64,000 nucleotides of DNA from Escherichia phage vB_EcoM_SCS4. The stretch lies in the sequence record ON506924; one strand, written 5' to 3'. The notes beneath the pieces are model-generated. The model was not told the origin of the DNA, ran no database searches, and saw only the letters and a program-made list of their open reading frames with translations. Shown piece after piece: positions 30,827-42,722 of the stretch (positions are counted from its first letter, which is position 1; each line of letters opens with the position of its first letter). The position numbers were made by a program, and so were the translations under genes.

Positions 30827-31176
30827 TTAGAAAGGTCCTGGATGTCTTCTGCNAANTTNTTGAAGGAGTTGTTGATTTGTTTTTCAACCAATCCTGGCTT
30901 ATGAGCCACCACATCCGCCTTCTTTGCATCTTTGCGCAGTTTTTCATTTTCACGCTCAATAGCAGCAATTGCCTCACGATTTTTATTATTCATCGCATCA
31001 ATATAATTATACTGAATTCGCAAATTATTTAATGCTAAAGCGTTTTCATTGGCTGTTTTTGTAATTTCTGCAACAGACGTTTCTAATCTTTCTACCTTAT
31101 TTTTTAAAATAATAGATGTTCCGCCAAATGCTATTACAAGTAATAGCAATCCAGCTGTAAAATTACTTACATGCAT
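30823..31176 (-). CDS. N-terminally membrane-anchored coiled-coil protein, candidate i-spanin
   Basis: N-terminal TM segment (AGLLLLVIAFGG) then coiled-coil periplasmic domain; three ambiguous codons. Confidence 0.5.
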   Translation of the reverse strand: MHVSNFTAGLLLLVIAFGGTSIILKNKVERLETSVAEITKTANENALALNNLRIQYNYIDAMNNKNREAIAAIERENEKLRKDAKKADVVAHKPGLVEKQINNSFXXXAEDIQDLSK

Positions 31177-31670
31177 AAAGTTTTAATAACCTCTATAATA
31201 TCGTCTTGAGAAAGACCGTTAATTAAAATATGATGTTCAGCTGGAGATTTAGAAATTTTAAAGCATGCCTCAACATCTTCTGCCATATCCGATGCACTAC
31301 GATTTGGATTACTAATCCCAAGGCGGTGTTTTCCCGTCAAAGGATTAACGATGATATAGCATTTGCAGCTATTGATATGAACATTGGGTTGAGTCTGATT
31401 AATGAATACTTCGCACTCATACTTAGCGAGTTGATTTTCTAAAAAGACTTTCATCTCTTCAACCGCATCAGGAAGCATATCACGGGCTTGCTCAAGACGA
31501 CGATTTCGATATTCTTTAATGGTCGTTTTCCGCTTGACTTGCTTAGCTAAATCTTTCTTAAGATCAGTGATATATCCAACTCGACGATTTCCTTTGAATA
31601 CAGAAATCCCATCTGTGGTATCACCGTATGCTTCAACGACCATTTCAGTAGTAATAAGCTGCAAATCCAT
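31167..31670 (-). CDS. alc: Alc, host transcription shut-off protein
   Basis: 167-168 aa ORF directly downstream of rnlA as in T4. Confidence 0.75.
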   Translation of the reverse strand: MDLQLITTEMVVEAYGDTTDGISVFKGNRRVGYITDLKKDLAKQVKRKTTIKEYRNRRLEQARDMLPDAVEEMKVFLENQLAKYECEVFINQTQPNVHINSCKCYIIVNPLTGKHRLGISNPNRSASDMAEDVEACFKISKSPAEHHILINGLSQDDIIEVIKTLCM

Positions 31671-31701
31671 CATAAAGTCCTCATGTTATGTCAGTAAGAC
31701 T

Positions 31702-31731
31702 ACTATAACACAACACGAGGGACTTGTAAAC
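31702..31731 (-). promoter_or_regulatory. T4-type early promoter for alc (GTTTACA, TATAGT)
   Basis: Near-identical to the element at 17929-17958, including the shared leader. Confidence 0.45.
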
Positions 31732-31734
31732 AGC

Positions 31735-33322
<1,588 letters not shown>

Positions 33323-33330
33323 AATAAAAT

Positions 33331-33344
33331 GGGCCTTGCGGCCC
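33331..33344 (-). terminator. GC hairpin gggcc-ttgc-ggccc between nrdB and denA
   Basis: Perfect 5-bp GC stem directly after the nrdB stop. Confidence 0.45.
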
Positions 33345-33349
33345 ACTCC

Positions 33350-34528
33350 TTAAAAGTATTTTTTAAAACTCATCATAACTTTATCATCAACATCATTATC
33401 AATCTGTGCAACAAGGTAAGATGACAGTTCTACTTCTTGTGGCGCGGATTGAACATTATCAGAATTAAGATATTCACGAATCCAAGGATATGGATGTTTA
33501 ACCGNAGCATCGGTAATTGGGCATGGAAGACCGCACTGTTTCATACGAGATACAGTTAAGTAATCAATAAAGCTCCACATGCTATTTGTATTTAATCCAG
33601 GAACATCGCCATCTTTNAATAAATGAACTGCCCAATCTTTTTCTTGGCGGTTAACTTCCATGAAAATATCAACTGCTTCTTGTTCACACTCTTGAGCAAT
33701 TTTAACCCATTGATCGCCATCAGTACCAGATTGAAGTTGACGAATAATATATTGGGTGCCTTTAAGGTGAAGCTGTTCATCGCGTGCAATGAACTTCATA
33801 ATCTTGGCATTACCTTCCATGATTTCCATGTTCTTATGGAAGTTAAAGGTACATGCGAAAGATACATAAAAACGAATAGCTTCCAATGCGTTGATTACAT
33901 GCAAACAGAGGTAAAGAGATTTCATTAGCTCACGCTTCCAATATGTCTCATGCTCAATAGTTCGGTTTAATCGAACGTCTTCGTCAGCATATTCTTTAGG
34001 TAGTTCGATATCAGCTTTAGCGTTTTCCCAATAACGAGTTTTAATCAGAACATCATCATAATAACGTCCAATGGATTCAGCACGTTTCATAATAGCTTCA
34101 TCTAATACAATTTCATCAAATACCTTTGACGGATCAGTATAAAGATTTCGCATGATATGTGTATATGAACGGCTGTGAATAGTTTCACTAAAAGTCCATG
34201 TAGCAACCCATGTATCAAGGCTTGGGTCTGAAATTAATGACATAAGTACAGCAGATGGCGCGCGACCCTGAATGCTATCTAAAAGTGATTGATACTTCAG
34301 ATTATTAGTAAAAATATTTTGCTGATACTGAGGAAGCTTATTAAACTGTGCAGCATCCATCATCAAGTTTACTTCTTCAGGACGCCAAAAAAATGATAAA
34401 TGATTTTCAATAAGTTCTTCAAATACTCTATGTCGTTGAATATCATNTCGAGCTAAACCCAATCCAGAACCAAAAAACATAGGTTCTTTTAAAACATCAA
34501 CTGGATTTGTGTTAAAAATTGTGCTCAT
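33350..34528 (-). CDS. nrdB: Ribonucleotide reductase small subunit NrdB, uninterrupted (no intron)
   Basis: Continuous 392-aa ORF spanning the N- and C-terminal regions of an R2 protein; three ambiguous codons. Confidence 0.92.
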   Translation of the reverse strand: MSTIFNTNPVDVLKEPMFFGSGLGLARXDIQRHRVFEELIENHLSFFWRPEEVNLMMDAAQFNKLPQYQQNIFTNNLKYQSLLDSIQGRAPSAVLMSLISDPSLDTWVATWTFSETIHSRSYTHIMRNLYTDPSKVFDEIVLDEAIMKRAESIGRYYDDVLIKTRYWENAKADIELPKEYADEDVRLNRTIEHETYWKRELMKSLYLCLHVINALEAIRFYVSFACTFNFHKNMEIMEGNAKIMKFIARDEQLHLKGTQYIIRQLQSGTDGDQWVKIAQECEQEAVDIFMEVNRQEKDWAVHLXKDGDVPGLNTNSMWSFIDYLTVSRMKQCGLPCPITDAXVKHPYPWIREYLNSDNVQSAPQEVELSSYLVAQIDNDVDDKVMMSFKKYF

Positions 34529-34579
34529 AAATTTTCCGCTTAGTTAATAGTTGGTGACTCGTCCGTGAGTCAAATTATA

Positions 34580-36844
34580 TCATAAATTACAGGATGAACA
34601 ATCTTCAGCTTTTGGAGTTTCTATTTCATAATCATCAGTACCAGAACCATCGCGGGTATTATGATAATAGAAATTTTTTCCGCCAAAATACCAAAAATAC
34701 AAAAGGTCATCAATCATTATTGACATTGGAACCTTTCCTTTTGGAAAAATCTGCGGGTCATAGTATGTATTCGCCGAAGCTGATTGACAAACCCATTTCA
34801 GCATAATAGCTACCTGCGTAAGATAAGGTTTATTACCTTTCTTAGCTAATTTCCACGTATAATCATATAGGTCTATGTTATGCTCAATATTGGGCACGAC
34901 TTGATTAAAGGAACCCTCTTTTGATTCTTTAACAGAGACTGGTCCACGTGGAGGCTCGATACCGTTTGTACTGTTAGAAACTTGGGAAGATGACTCACAT
35001 GGCATAAGTGCTGATAATGTGCTATTACGGATGCCAAAGAGCTTAAGGTCTTCCCGCAGCGACGACCAGTCACAAACGTATTTTGGAGCTGCGATTTGGT
35101 CAATCTTTTTATTGTACCAGTCGATAGGTAATTCGCCTCGAGACCAACGAGTGTCTGAATAATATTCGCAAGGTCCTTTTTCTTTGGCGAGATTAATGGA
35201 TGCTTTAATGAGTCCATACTGTAATCTCTCAAATAGTTCATGTGTTAAATCGTTGGCATCTTCATAAGAAGCAAAGTTACTTGCCAGCCAAGCTGCATAG
35301 TTTGTAACACCTACACCGAGGTTACGACGCTTTTTAGCTTTTTCTGCTTCAGGAACTGGATATCCTTGGTAATCCAAAAGATTATCAAGAGCACGAACTT
35401 GAACTTCTGCCAATTCATTAATTTTATCTTGGTCTTGCCAATCAAAATTATCTAGTACGAATGCAGAGAGAGTACACAATCCAATTTCAGCATCAGGACT
35501 ATTCACATCATTTGTTGGAATAGCAATTTCACAGCACAAGTTACTCTGACGAATAGGTGCCTTTTCACGAATAAACGGAGTATAGTTATTCGTATTATCA
35601 ATGAACTGTACATAAATCCTTGCTGTTCCTGAACGTTCAGTCATGAGCAATTCAAACAGTTCACGGGCTTTAATACGCTTTTTACGAATATTAGGGTCTT
35701 TTTCTGCCGCTTCGTATAATTCACGGAAACGGTCTTGGTCTTTAAAATAAGAATAATAAAGCTCTCCACCCATTTCATGGGGACTGAACAAAGTAATGTA
35801 ATCGTTCTTTCCAAAACGTTCCATCATCAAATCATTCAGTTGAACACCATAATCCATATGACGAATGCGGTTTTCTTCTACGCCTTTGTTATTTTTCAAA
35901 ACGAGAAGATTTTCAACTTCCAAATGCCAAATAGGATAATAAGCAGTAGCAGCGCCGCCACGAATTCCACCCTGTGAACATGATTTAACTGCAGTCTGAA
36001 AATGTTTCCAAAAAGGAATAACACCGGTATGGCGTACTTCACCCATGCCAATCTTAGAACCTTCGGCACGAATCATACCAACGTTAATACCAATTCCAGC
36101 ACGTTTGGAGATATATTCAACAATTGAAGCGGAAGCCTTATTGATAGACTTCAATGAATCTCCTGCCTCAATAACAACACATGAACTAAACTGTCGAGTC
36201 GGAGTACGACAACCAGCCATAATAGGAGTTGGCAATGAAATCTGTCGAGTAGATACTGCTTCATAAAAACGGATAACATGTTTTAATCTATCAACAGGTT
36301 CGTCTTGATGCAATGCCATTCCAATAGCCATAAATGCAAACTGTGGAGTTTCATAAATTTGACCAGTGGTTTTATCTTTAACTAAATATTTTTCTTTTAA
36401 TTGCATCGCCCCGGAATAAGTAAATTCCATATCCCGTTCGTGCTTAATTTTTGATTCTAAAAATGTAATTTCTTCTGCTGAATATTTTGACAATAATTCA
36501 GGGTCATATTTACCTTCATTTACACAGTAAGAAATATGGTCAATAAATGAACGTGGTTCATACTGCCCATAAACATGCTTACGAAGAGCAAACATTAAAC
36601 AGCGTGCAGCTACATATTGATAATCAGGTTCTTCAACCGAAATAGAATTCGCAGCAGCCTTAATGACAATAGTCTGAATATCATCAGTTGTCATTCCATC
36701 ACGGAGATAAGATTTAATATTTTCATATAATTCATAAGGATCTACTGATGTTCCCTCAGCTGCCCAAGATAAAACTTTAATAATTTTTTGTGGGTCAAAG
36801 CTCTGAGAAACACCACTACTTTTGATAACATTAATTAATTGCAT
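34580..36844 (-). CDS. nrdA: Ribonucleotide reductase large subunit NrdA
   Basis: 754-aa ORF with ATP-cone N-terminus and C-terminal CxxC tail. Confidence 0.95.
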   Translation of the reverse strand: MQLINVIKSSGVSQSFDPQKIIKVLSWAAEGTSVDPYELYENIKSYLRDGMTTDDIQTIVIKAAANSISVEEPDYQYVAARCLMFALRKHVYGQYEPRSFIDHISYCVNEGKYDPELLSKYSAEEITFLESKIKHERDMEFTYSGAMQLKEKYLVKDKTTGQIYETPQFAFMAIGMALHQDEPVDRLKHVIRFYEAVSTRQISLPTPIMAGCRTPTRQFSSCVVIEAGDSLKSINKASASIVEYISKRAGIGINVGMIRAEGSKIGMGEVRHTGVIPFWKHFQTAVKSCSQGGIRGGAATAYYPIWHLEVENLLVLKNNKGVEENRIRHMDYGVQLNDLMMERFGKNDYITLFSPHEMGGELYYSYFKDQDRFRELYEAAEKDPNIRKKRIKARELFELLMTERSGTARIYVQFIDNTNNYTPFIREKAPIRQSNLCCEIAIPTNDVNSPDAEIGLCTLSAFVLDNFDWQDQDKINELAEVQVRALDNLLDYQGYPVPEAEKAKKRRNLGVGVTNYAAWLASNFASYEDANDLTHELFERLQYGLIKASINLAKEKGPCEYYSDTRWSRGELPIDWYNKKIDQIAAPKYVCDWSSLREDLKLFGIRNSTLSALMPCESSSQVSNSTNGIEPPRGPVSVKESKEGSFNQVVPNIEHNIDLYDYTWKLAKKGNKPYLTQVAIMLKWVCQSASANTYYDPQIFPKGKVPMSIMIDDLLYFWYFGGKNFYYHNTRDGSGTDDYEIETPKAEDCSSCNL

Positions 36845-37161
36845 AAGTCCTCAACTTGAAAATCGTCTTTAAACAATCGGTTAACTATATGAGCTATTAT
36901 ATCACCATGACACGGCTTTGGTTTACATGTGCATCCTAGCCTCATTCCACGTAAAGGCTCTAAATGTGCTTTAGTTATTTCTCCGGATTTAATTCGACGT
37001 ATAAAATCTTTTTTGAATAATTCAATGGCAGCCTCCCGGCTGCCAGCATCTTTACCGACGTAATTTCCCCAAAATGTACCACGGTGAATATTAACATCAA
37101 AGTCGGATTTATATTTATTCACTACCCGGCATAGACGGCCCGCGCGGTGATAATTCAGCAT
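36835..37161 (-). CDS. Hypothetical protein with CxC...CHxD motif (nrdA.1 position)
   Basis: 108-aa ORF; [13 protein letters not shown] suggests a metal-binding site. Confidence 0.55.
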   Translation of the reverse strand: MLNYHRAGRLCRVVNKYKSDFDVNIHRGTFWGNYVGKDAGSREAAIELFKKDFIRRIKSGEITKAHLEPLRGMRLGCTCKPKPCHGDIIAHIVNRLFKDDFQVEDLCN

Positions 37162-37390
37162 ATTGTTTTTCCGTCAAAACAGTAATATCGTAGTAACAGT
37201 CAGAAGAAGTTTTAACTGTGGAAATTTTATTATCAAAATACTCACGGGTCATTTTATGAGTATAATATTTTTTACCATAAATGATAATAGGCTGATTTGG
37301 TCCTGGAACTTCTAACTCGCTTGGGTTAGGAAGTGTAAAAAGAATGGCACCAGAAATATCTTTAAATCGTAAAATCATATATCCTCTCAA
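37115..37390 (-). CDS. Hypothetical protein (nrdA.2 position)
   Basis: 91-aa ORF overlapping the next ORF by 47 nt in another frame. Confidence 0.5.
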   Translation of the reverse strand: MRGYMILRFKDISGAILFTLPNPSELEVPGPNQPIIIYGKKYYTHKMTREYFDNKISTVKTSSDCYYDITVLTEKQYAELSPRGPSMPGSE

Positions 37391-37401
37391 TTAAATTAAA
37401 A

Positions 37402-37713
37402 TTATACCGCCATCTTTCCTTTAATTGGCGGGTGAGATACATAGTTGTTAAGAACGAAATTATGCGGCTTTGCGAATTGACTCAACCAAAATACCTGCGA
37501 TTCTGTGTTCCATTCATCAAATTCATCTGGAAATTTTAATTGTAATTCGCATAAATCCATAGGTTCACGACGCAAAATTTCTTTACATTGTTCTACGTGA
37601 TTCATATAGATATGAGTATTACCGCCAGAAAATATCAAATCTCCAGGAATAAGATTACACATCTTAGCTACAATATGAACTAACGCAGCATATGATGCAA
37701 TATTAAACGGTAG
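37402..37713 (-). CDS. td: Thymidylate synthase, exon 2
   Basis: Exon begins CTACCG (LPFNIASYA...) right after the intron terminal G; exon 1 + exon 2 = 286 codons. Confidence 0.9.
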   Translation of the reverse strand, partial: LPFNIASYAALVHIVAKMCNLIPGDLIFSGGNTHIYMNHVEQCKEILRREPMDLCELQLKFPDEFDEWNTESQVFWLSQFAKPHNFVLNNYVSHPPIKGKMAV

Positions 37714-38729
37714 CATTATGTTCAGATAAGGTCGTTAATCTTACCCCGGAATTATATCCAGCTGCATGTCACCATGCAGAGCAGACTATATCTCCAACTT
37801 GTTAAAGCAAGTTGTCTATCGTTTCGAGTCACTTGACCCTACTCCCCAAAGGGATAGTCGTTAGGCATTTATGTAGAACCAATTCCATTTATCAGATTTT
37901 ACACGATAAGTAACTAATCCAGACGAAATTTTAAAATGTCTAGCTGCATCTGCTGCACATTCAAAAATAACCCCATCACATGAAATCTTTTTAATATTAC
38001 TAGGCTTTTTACCTTTCATCTTTTCTGATATTTTAGATTTAGTTATGTCTGAATGCTTATGATTAAAGAATGAATTATTTTCACCTGAACGATTTCTGCA
38101 TTTACTACAAGTATAAGCAGAAGTTTGTATGCGAACACCACACTTACAAAACTTATGGGTTTCTGGATTCCAACGCCCATTTTCACTTCCATATTTACCA
38201 TAAAGAGCTTTTCGGCCTTTTACGCCGAGTTTAAGCATATTTACTTTAACAGTTTCAGAGCGTTTCTTGATAATTTCTTCTTTTAATGGATGTGTAGAAC
38301 ATGTATCACCAAACGTTGCATCAGCAATATTGTATCCATTAATTTTAGAATTAAGCTCTTTAATCCAAAAATTTTCTCGTTCAATAATCAAATCTTTCTC
38401 ATATGGAATTTCTTCCAAAATAGAACATTCAAACACATTACCATGTTTGTTAAAAGACCTCTGAAGTTTTATAGAAGAATGGCATCCTTTTTCTAAATCT
38501 TTAAAATGCCTCTTCCATCTCTTTTCAAAATCTTTAGCACTTCCTACATATACTTTATTGTTTAAAGTATTTTTAATCTGATAAATTCCACTTTTCATAA
38601 ATACCTCTTTAAATATAGAAGTATTTATTAAAGGGCAGTCCTACAATTTAGCACGGGATTGTCTACTAGAGAGGTTCCCCGTTTAGATAGATTACAAGTA
38701 TAAGTCACCTTATACTCAGGCCTCAATTA
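37714..38729 (-). mobile_element. Group I self-splicing intron in td (1016 nt) carrying the I-TevI gene
   Basis: 5' splice site after GGU of exon 1; intron 5' region reads UAAUUGAGGCCUGAGUAUAAGGUGACUUAUACUUGUAAUCUAUCUAAACGGGGAACC; ends in G before exon 2. Confidence 0.88.
37861..38598 (-). CDS. I-TevI: Intron-encoded GIY-YIG homing endonuclease I-TevI
   Basis: 245-aa ORF with GIYQIKN...KVYVGSA GIY-YIG domain and C-terminal zinc finger/DNA-binding region, inside the td intron. Confidence 0.92.
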   Translation of the reverse strand: MKSGIYQIKNTLNNKVYVGSAKDFEKRWKRHFKDLEKGCHSSIKLQRSFNKHGNVFECSILEEIPYEKDLIIERENFWIKELNSKINGYNIADATFGDTCSTHPLKEEIIKKRSETVKVNMLKLGVKGRKALYGKYGSENGRWNPETHKFCKCGVRIQTSAYTCSKCRNRSGENNSFFNHKHSDITKSKISEKMKGKKPSNIKKISCDGVIFECAADAARHFKISSGLVTYRVKSDKWNWFYINA

Positions 38730-39278
38730 ACCCAAGAAAACATCTACTGAGCGTTGATACCATTGAAGGTCAAGGTATCCATTACGCACATTAAACTGAT
38801 AGAACATATGACAAGGCGGTAATGCCATATATTTAAGTTCAGCTGGATTCCATGCAGAAACAATTTGACGCCTATCATTTGGCAATTTTTTAATACGATC
38901 AACAACTTCTATAATTTGGTCTACACCGCCAAAATCGCGCCATTGTTTTCCATAAATTGGACCAAGTTCACCGCTATGGTATCCTAAATCTTTTGCTTGA
39001 TTTTCGTAATTTTCATCCCAGACTGTTTTGCCTTGAATTAATGAATCATGTTGAATTAATCGTAAATCATTGACATTTGTGCTTCCCGATAAAAACCATA
39101 TTAGCTCAGCAATGCAAGCTTTCCAGGCGAGCTTCTTAGTTGTTACTGCAGGAAAACCTTTAGTTAAATCCCAGCGTAATTTAGTACCGAACAAAGCAAT
39201 TGTTCCTGTGCCCGTTCTGTCATCGGTTTCATAGCCATTTTCAAAAATGTCTTTAATTAAATCTTGGTATTGTTTCAT
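38730..39278 (-). CDS. td: Thymidylate synthase, exon 1
   Basis: 183 codons ending ...DVFLG, with an in-frame TAA directly after the 5' splice site. Confidence 0.9.
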
Positions 39279-39323
39279 TTAGTACCTTATATAAATTATA
39301 ATACATTTTATGAAGCTAAATAA

Positions 39324-39671
39324 TCAATACGGTTTAGCATCAAATTTTCTCTCAATTTCAGGCGTGAAATATAATTCTTTACCGCGTTTGGAAAAGCGAC
39401 CAATAATATGATAATTATTCTCATCAAACGTAATATTACCAATATCCATAGCTTTCAACCAAATATCGATATTTCTATCCAGCTTTATGTCAAAATTCCA
39501 ATACGGAGAACTATTACCGAAAATACTGCAAGCGGATTCAGTGAAACAACTACTATAAATCTTGTCTTTAGGAACTACTAATTGATAGACGCCTTTAATA
39601 AACTGAGGACCCTGCCATTTTGGTTGTTTCACGTCTTTTTCTAATAGAATAGGGTAATAATTAAAATTCAT
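39324..39671 (-). CDS. Hypothetical protein inserted between frd and td
   Basis: 115-aa ORF with ATG start; no recognisable motif; occupies a position where T4 has overlapping frd/td. Confidence 0.6.
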   Translation of the reverse strand: MNFNYYPILLEKDVKQPKWQGPQFIKGVYQLVVPKDKIYSSCFTESACSIFGNSSPYWNFDIKLDRNIDIWLKAMDIGNITFDENNYHIIGRFSKRGKELYFTPEIERKFDAKPY

Positions 39672-39691
39672 ATTTTCCGCNACGTGTTATT

Positions 39692-40518
<827 letters not shown>

Positions 40519-40528
40519 ATTATTTTCC

Positions 40529-40771
40529 TTAAACAGACTTTTTCACAATTTTCCAATCAGCTTTAAACTGTTCAACGTCAGAATGGTAAATCCAGAATCC
40601 TGCGCTTTCTCCGTCTTCATAAAGAGGACATCCATCGCATTCATCTTCCCATCCCATATCACGTAAAAGATGTTCAGCTTTTTCAACAAGTTCAGAATCT
40701 TTACCGATGATATTAAAATACCATTTACCTCTAACTTCCGAATCTTTGATGCTCTGACGTTGTAATCTCAT
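40529..40771 (-). CDS. Hypothetical protein (frd.x)
   Basis: 80-aa ORF. Confidence 0.55.
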   Translation of the reverse strand: MRLQRQSIKDSEVRGKWYFNIIGKDSELVEKAEHLLRDMGWEDECDGCPLYEDGESAGFWIYHSDVEQFKADWKIVKKSV

Positions 40772-40880
40772 TTTATTCTCCTTAGCAAGCTTTAATCAAA
40801 AGATATAAACAAACCAACATAACTGCTGCCATAATATAAGGTGCGAACATTTTCTTTTCTCCATTAGTTTTGATAGGGTA

Positions 40881-40910
40881 ATAGTATCACACTACTACCC
40901 TGTTGTAAAC
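40881..40910 (-). promoter_or_regulatory. T4-type early promoter (GTTTACA, TACTAT)
   Basis: - strand GTTTACA, 17-nt spacer, TACTAT; agggta/taccct inverted repeat. Confidence 0.4.
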
Positions 40911-41296
40911 TACTTTTTGAAAGTTTTTCGCAAAAGTTCAATGATTTCATCTACATTGTTTTCATCTACAATGCAGTGAATTTTTGTTACACCAGAAACC
41001 TTGTCTTTAACTTCATCCTCTTCAGAAGTCGGTTCTTTATATTCGCGGAAACAATAAAACTCTTCTTCACTAAGTTCAAAATAATCATCACCCATACCAT
41101 CATCATTATAGATTTCACCATTAGCACAAATGATTTCGGTTACATAATCAAATCCATCTAAACTTGATATTGATTTAACTTCAAACCAACCACCATTTTC
41201 TTGAATGATGCCGACCATATTAGCATTTGATGAACTAATATCAATGAAAGATTTAATACGGTGTGGATTTAACTCGTATTTTTTGCCGATTTCCAT
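40910..41296 (-). CDS. Hypothetical acidic protein (frd.x); start at the internal ATG with RBS
   Basis: ORF 40910..41353 begins at TTG; GAGGAAAA RBS precedes the ATG at 41294-41296; a hairpin (41320-41335) lies upstream. Confidence 0.5.
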   Translation of the reverse strand: MEIGKKYELNPHRIKSFIDISSSNANMVGIIQENGGWFEVKSISSLDGFDYVTEIICANGEIYNDDGMGDDYFELSEEEFYCFREYKEPTSEEDEVKDKVSGVTKIHCIVDENNVDEIIELLRKTFKK

Positions 41297-41342
41297 TTTG
41301 ATTTTCCTCATTTTTAATAGGGGCTTAATAGCCCCTTGATAA

Positions 41343-41570
41343 TTATTGTTCAATCAGTCCCATGTAAAATTCTGCGTCTTCAGAATCCATACCATCACAA
41401 TATTCATTAGCCATAAAGCGGGTAAGGTCTTCAAGAGGACCTTCAATAACGATTTGAATACTCCAAAACTTAGAATCTTGTACGCTTGTGATACTAAGTT
41501 CAGGATAACGATTACGAATAATCTCTTCAATATATTCAAAATCAACGATGTCAATATCAACTTTAGCCAT
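41343..41570 (-). CDS. Hypothetical protein upstream-adjacent to gene 32 in map order
   Basis: ORF-track start is TTG inside a promoter; AAAGAGGAAA RBS precedes the ATG at 41568-41570 (MAKVDIDIV...). Confidence 0.45.
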   Translation of the reverse strand: MAKVDIDIVDFEYIEEIIRNRYPELSITSVQDSKFWSIQIVIEGPLEDLTRFMANEYCDGMDSEDAEFYMGLIEQ

Positions 41571-41613
41571 ATTATTTTCCTCTTTAATCATCAGCAGTAT
41601 TGCCGATAGTTGT

Positions 41614-41643
41614 ATAGTACCNTNGAAGGACAAGGATGTAAAC
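41614..41643 (-). promoter_or_regulatory. T4-type early promoter (GTTTACA, TACTAT)
   Basis: - strand GTTTACA, 17-nt spacer (contains N), TACTAT. Confidence 0.4.
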
Positions 41644-41662
41644 TGTTTTGTGAAAAATTTTT

Positions 41663-41692
41663 GAAATAAAAAAGGGGACCTCTAGGGTCCCC
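41663..41692 (-). terminator. Rho-independent terminator of gene 32
   Basis: ggggacc-tcta-gggtcccc stem followed by a U-run on the - strand, directly after the gp32 stop. Confidence 0.65.
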
Positions 41693-41714
41693 AATTAATT
41701 AGTAATATAATCTA

Positions 41715-42623
41715 TTAAAGGTCATTCAAAAGGTCATCCAGGTCCGTGTCATCAGCACTAGATGAACTGCCAGAGCTTGAGCTCATAAAATCATCTTCAG
41801 TTTTTGTATTGAAGTCATCAACATTGAATGCATCCAAATCATCAGCAACTTTATCAGCTTTCTTAGCAGCAGTTGCAGCGGCACCGCCCATCACAGCAGT
41901 TCCCATAACTTGACCAAATTTAGTGCTCAGTTCTTCAAACGATTTGAATTTATCTTTAGAAGTCATTTCAGAAAGGTCAACCATTTGTTCGAACAGTTCT
42001 TTCTGGAAAGATTCATCATCAATGTTTGGAATCGCAGATTGATTCAGGAATTTAGATTCGTCGTAGTTACTAAATCCAGAAACCTGTTTAACTTTCAGTA
42101 CAAAGTTAGCACCTTCCCACGGACAAGTTACATCAACTGGAGTTTCACCCATTTCAACATCAACCGCAATCATTGCATTGATTTTATCCCAGATTTTCTT
42201 ACCGAAACGGTATTTAAATACTTTACCTTCATTTTCTGGAGCAGCTGGGTCTTTTACAACAAGAATGTTAGCCCAGTAAGAAGTTTTACGTTTAACAAGG
42301 CTGTACTCTTTATTATCAGTGTTGTACAGATCATTTTTACTGATGTATTGACATACTGGACAAGAATCGTAATCACCGTGGGTAGATGAACAGTTTTCAA
42401 TATACCATTTACCATTTTTCTTGAAACCGTGATTTACAAGAATTGCGAACGGTGCTTGTTCATCATTTTTAGACGGAAGAAAACGAATTACTGCTTGACC
42501 GTTACCCGCATTGTCGAGTTTCAGTTTCCACTCGCCTTTATCTTCAGAAGAAAAACCACCTTTATTTCCAGCCAGTTTAGCCATTTGTGCAGCGAGTTCA
42601 GCAGTAGATTTACGTTTAAACAT
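41715..42623 (-). CDS. 32: Single-stranded DNA-binding protein gp32
   Basis: Begins [50 protein letters not shown]; zinc-binding Cys/His residues; acidic C-terminal tail. Confidence 0.95.
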   Translation of the reverse strand: MFKRKSTAELAAQMAKLAGNKGGFSSEDKGEWKLKLDNAGNGQAVIRFLPSKNDEQAPFAILVNHGFKKNGKWYIENCSSTHGDYDSCPVCQYISKNDLYNTDNKEYSLVKRKTSYWANILVVKDPAAPENEGKVFKYRFGKKIWDKINAMIAVDVEMGETPVDVTCPWEGANFVLKVKQVSGFSNYDESKFLNQSAIPNIDDESFQKELFEQMVDLSEMTSKDKFKSFEELSTKFGQVMGTAVMGGAAATAAKKADKVADDLDAFNVDDFNTKTEDDFMSSSSGSSSSADDTDLDDLLNDL

Positions 42624-42690
42624 TTTTATTTCCTTTTTAATTTAATTAACAGTTGGTGCTATGACNATGTATGACCTCATAGCTGGTCAG
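42624..42690 (-). promoter_or_regulatory. Gene 32 translational operator: leader pseudoknot plus A/U-rich unstructured region
   Basis: - strand leader contains UGACC...GCUAUGA...GGUCA...UCAUAGC (H-type pseudoknot arrangement) followed by an A/U-rich tract before the AUG. Confidence 0.55.
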
Positions 42691-42722
42691 TGAGATAATT
42701 ATAATCTNTTTATAATANNCAA

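Noticed and set aside
37115-37161. Programmed ribosomal frameshift joining the two overlapping ORFs downstream of td
   Set aside because: No slippery heptamer or downstream structure was evident; overlapping small genes are common in this phage group, so only flagged for re-sequencing
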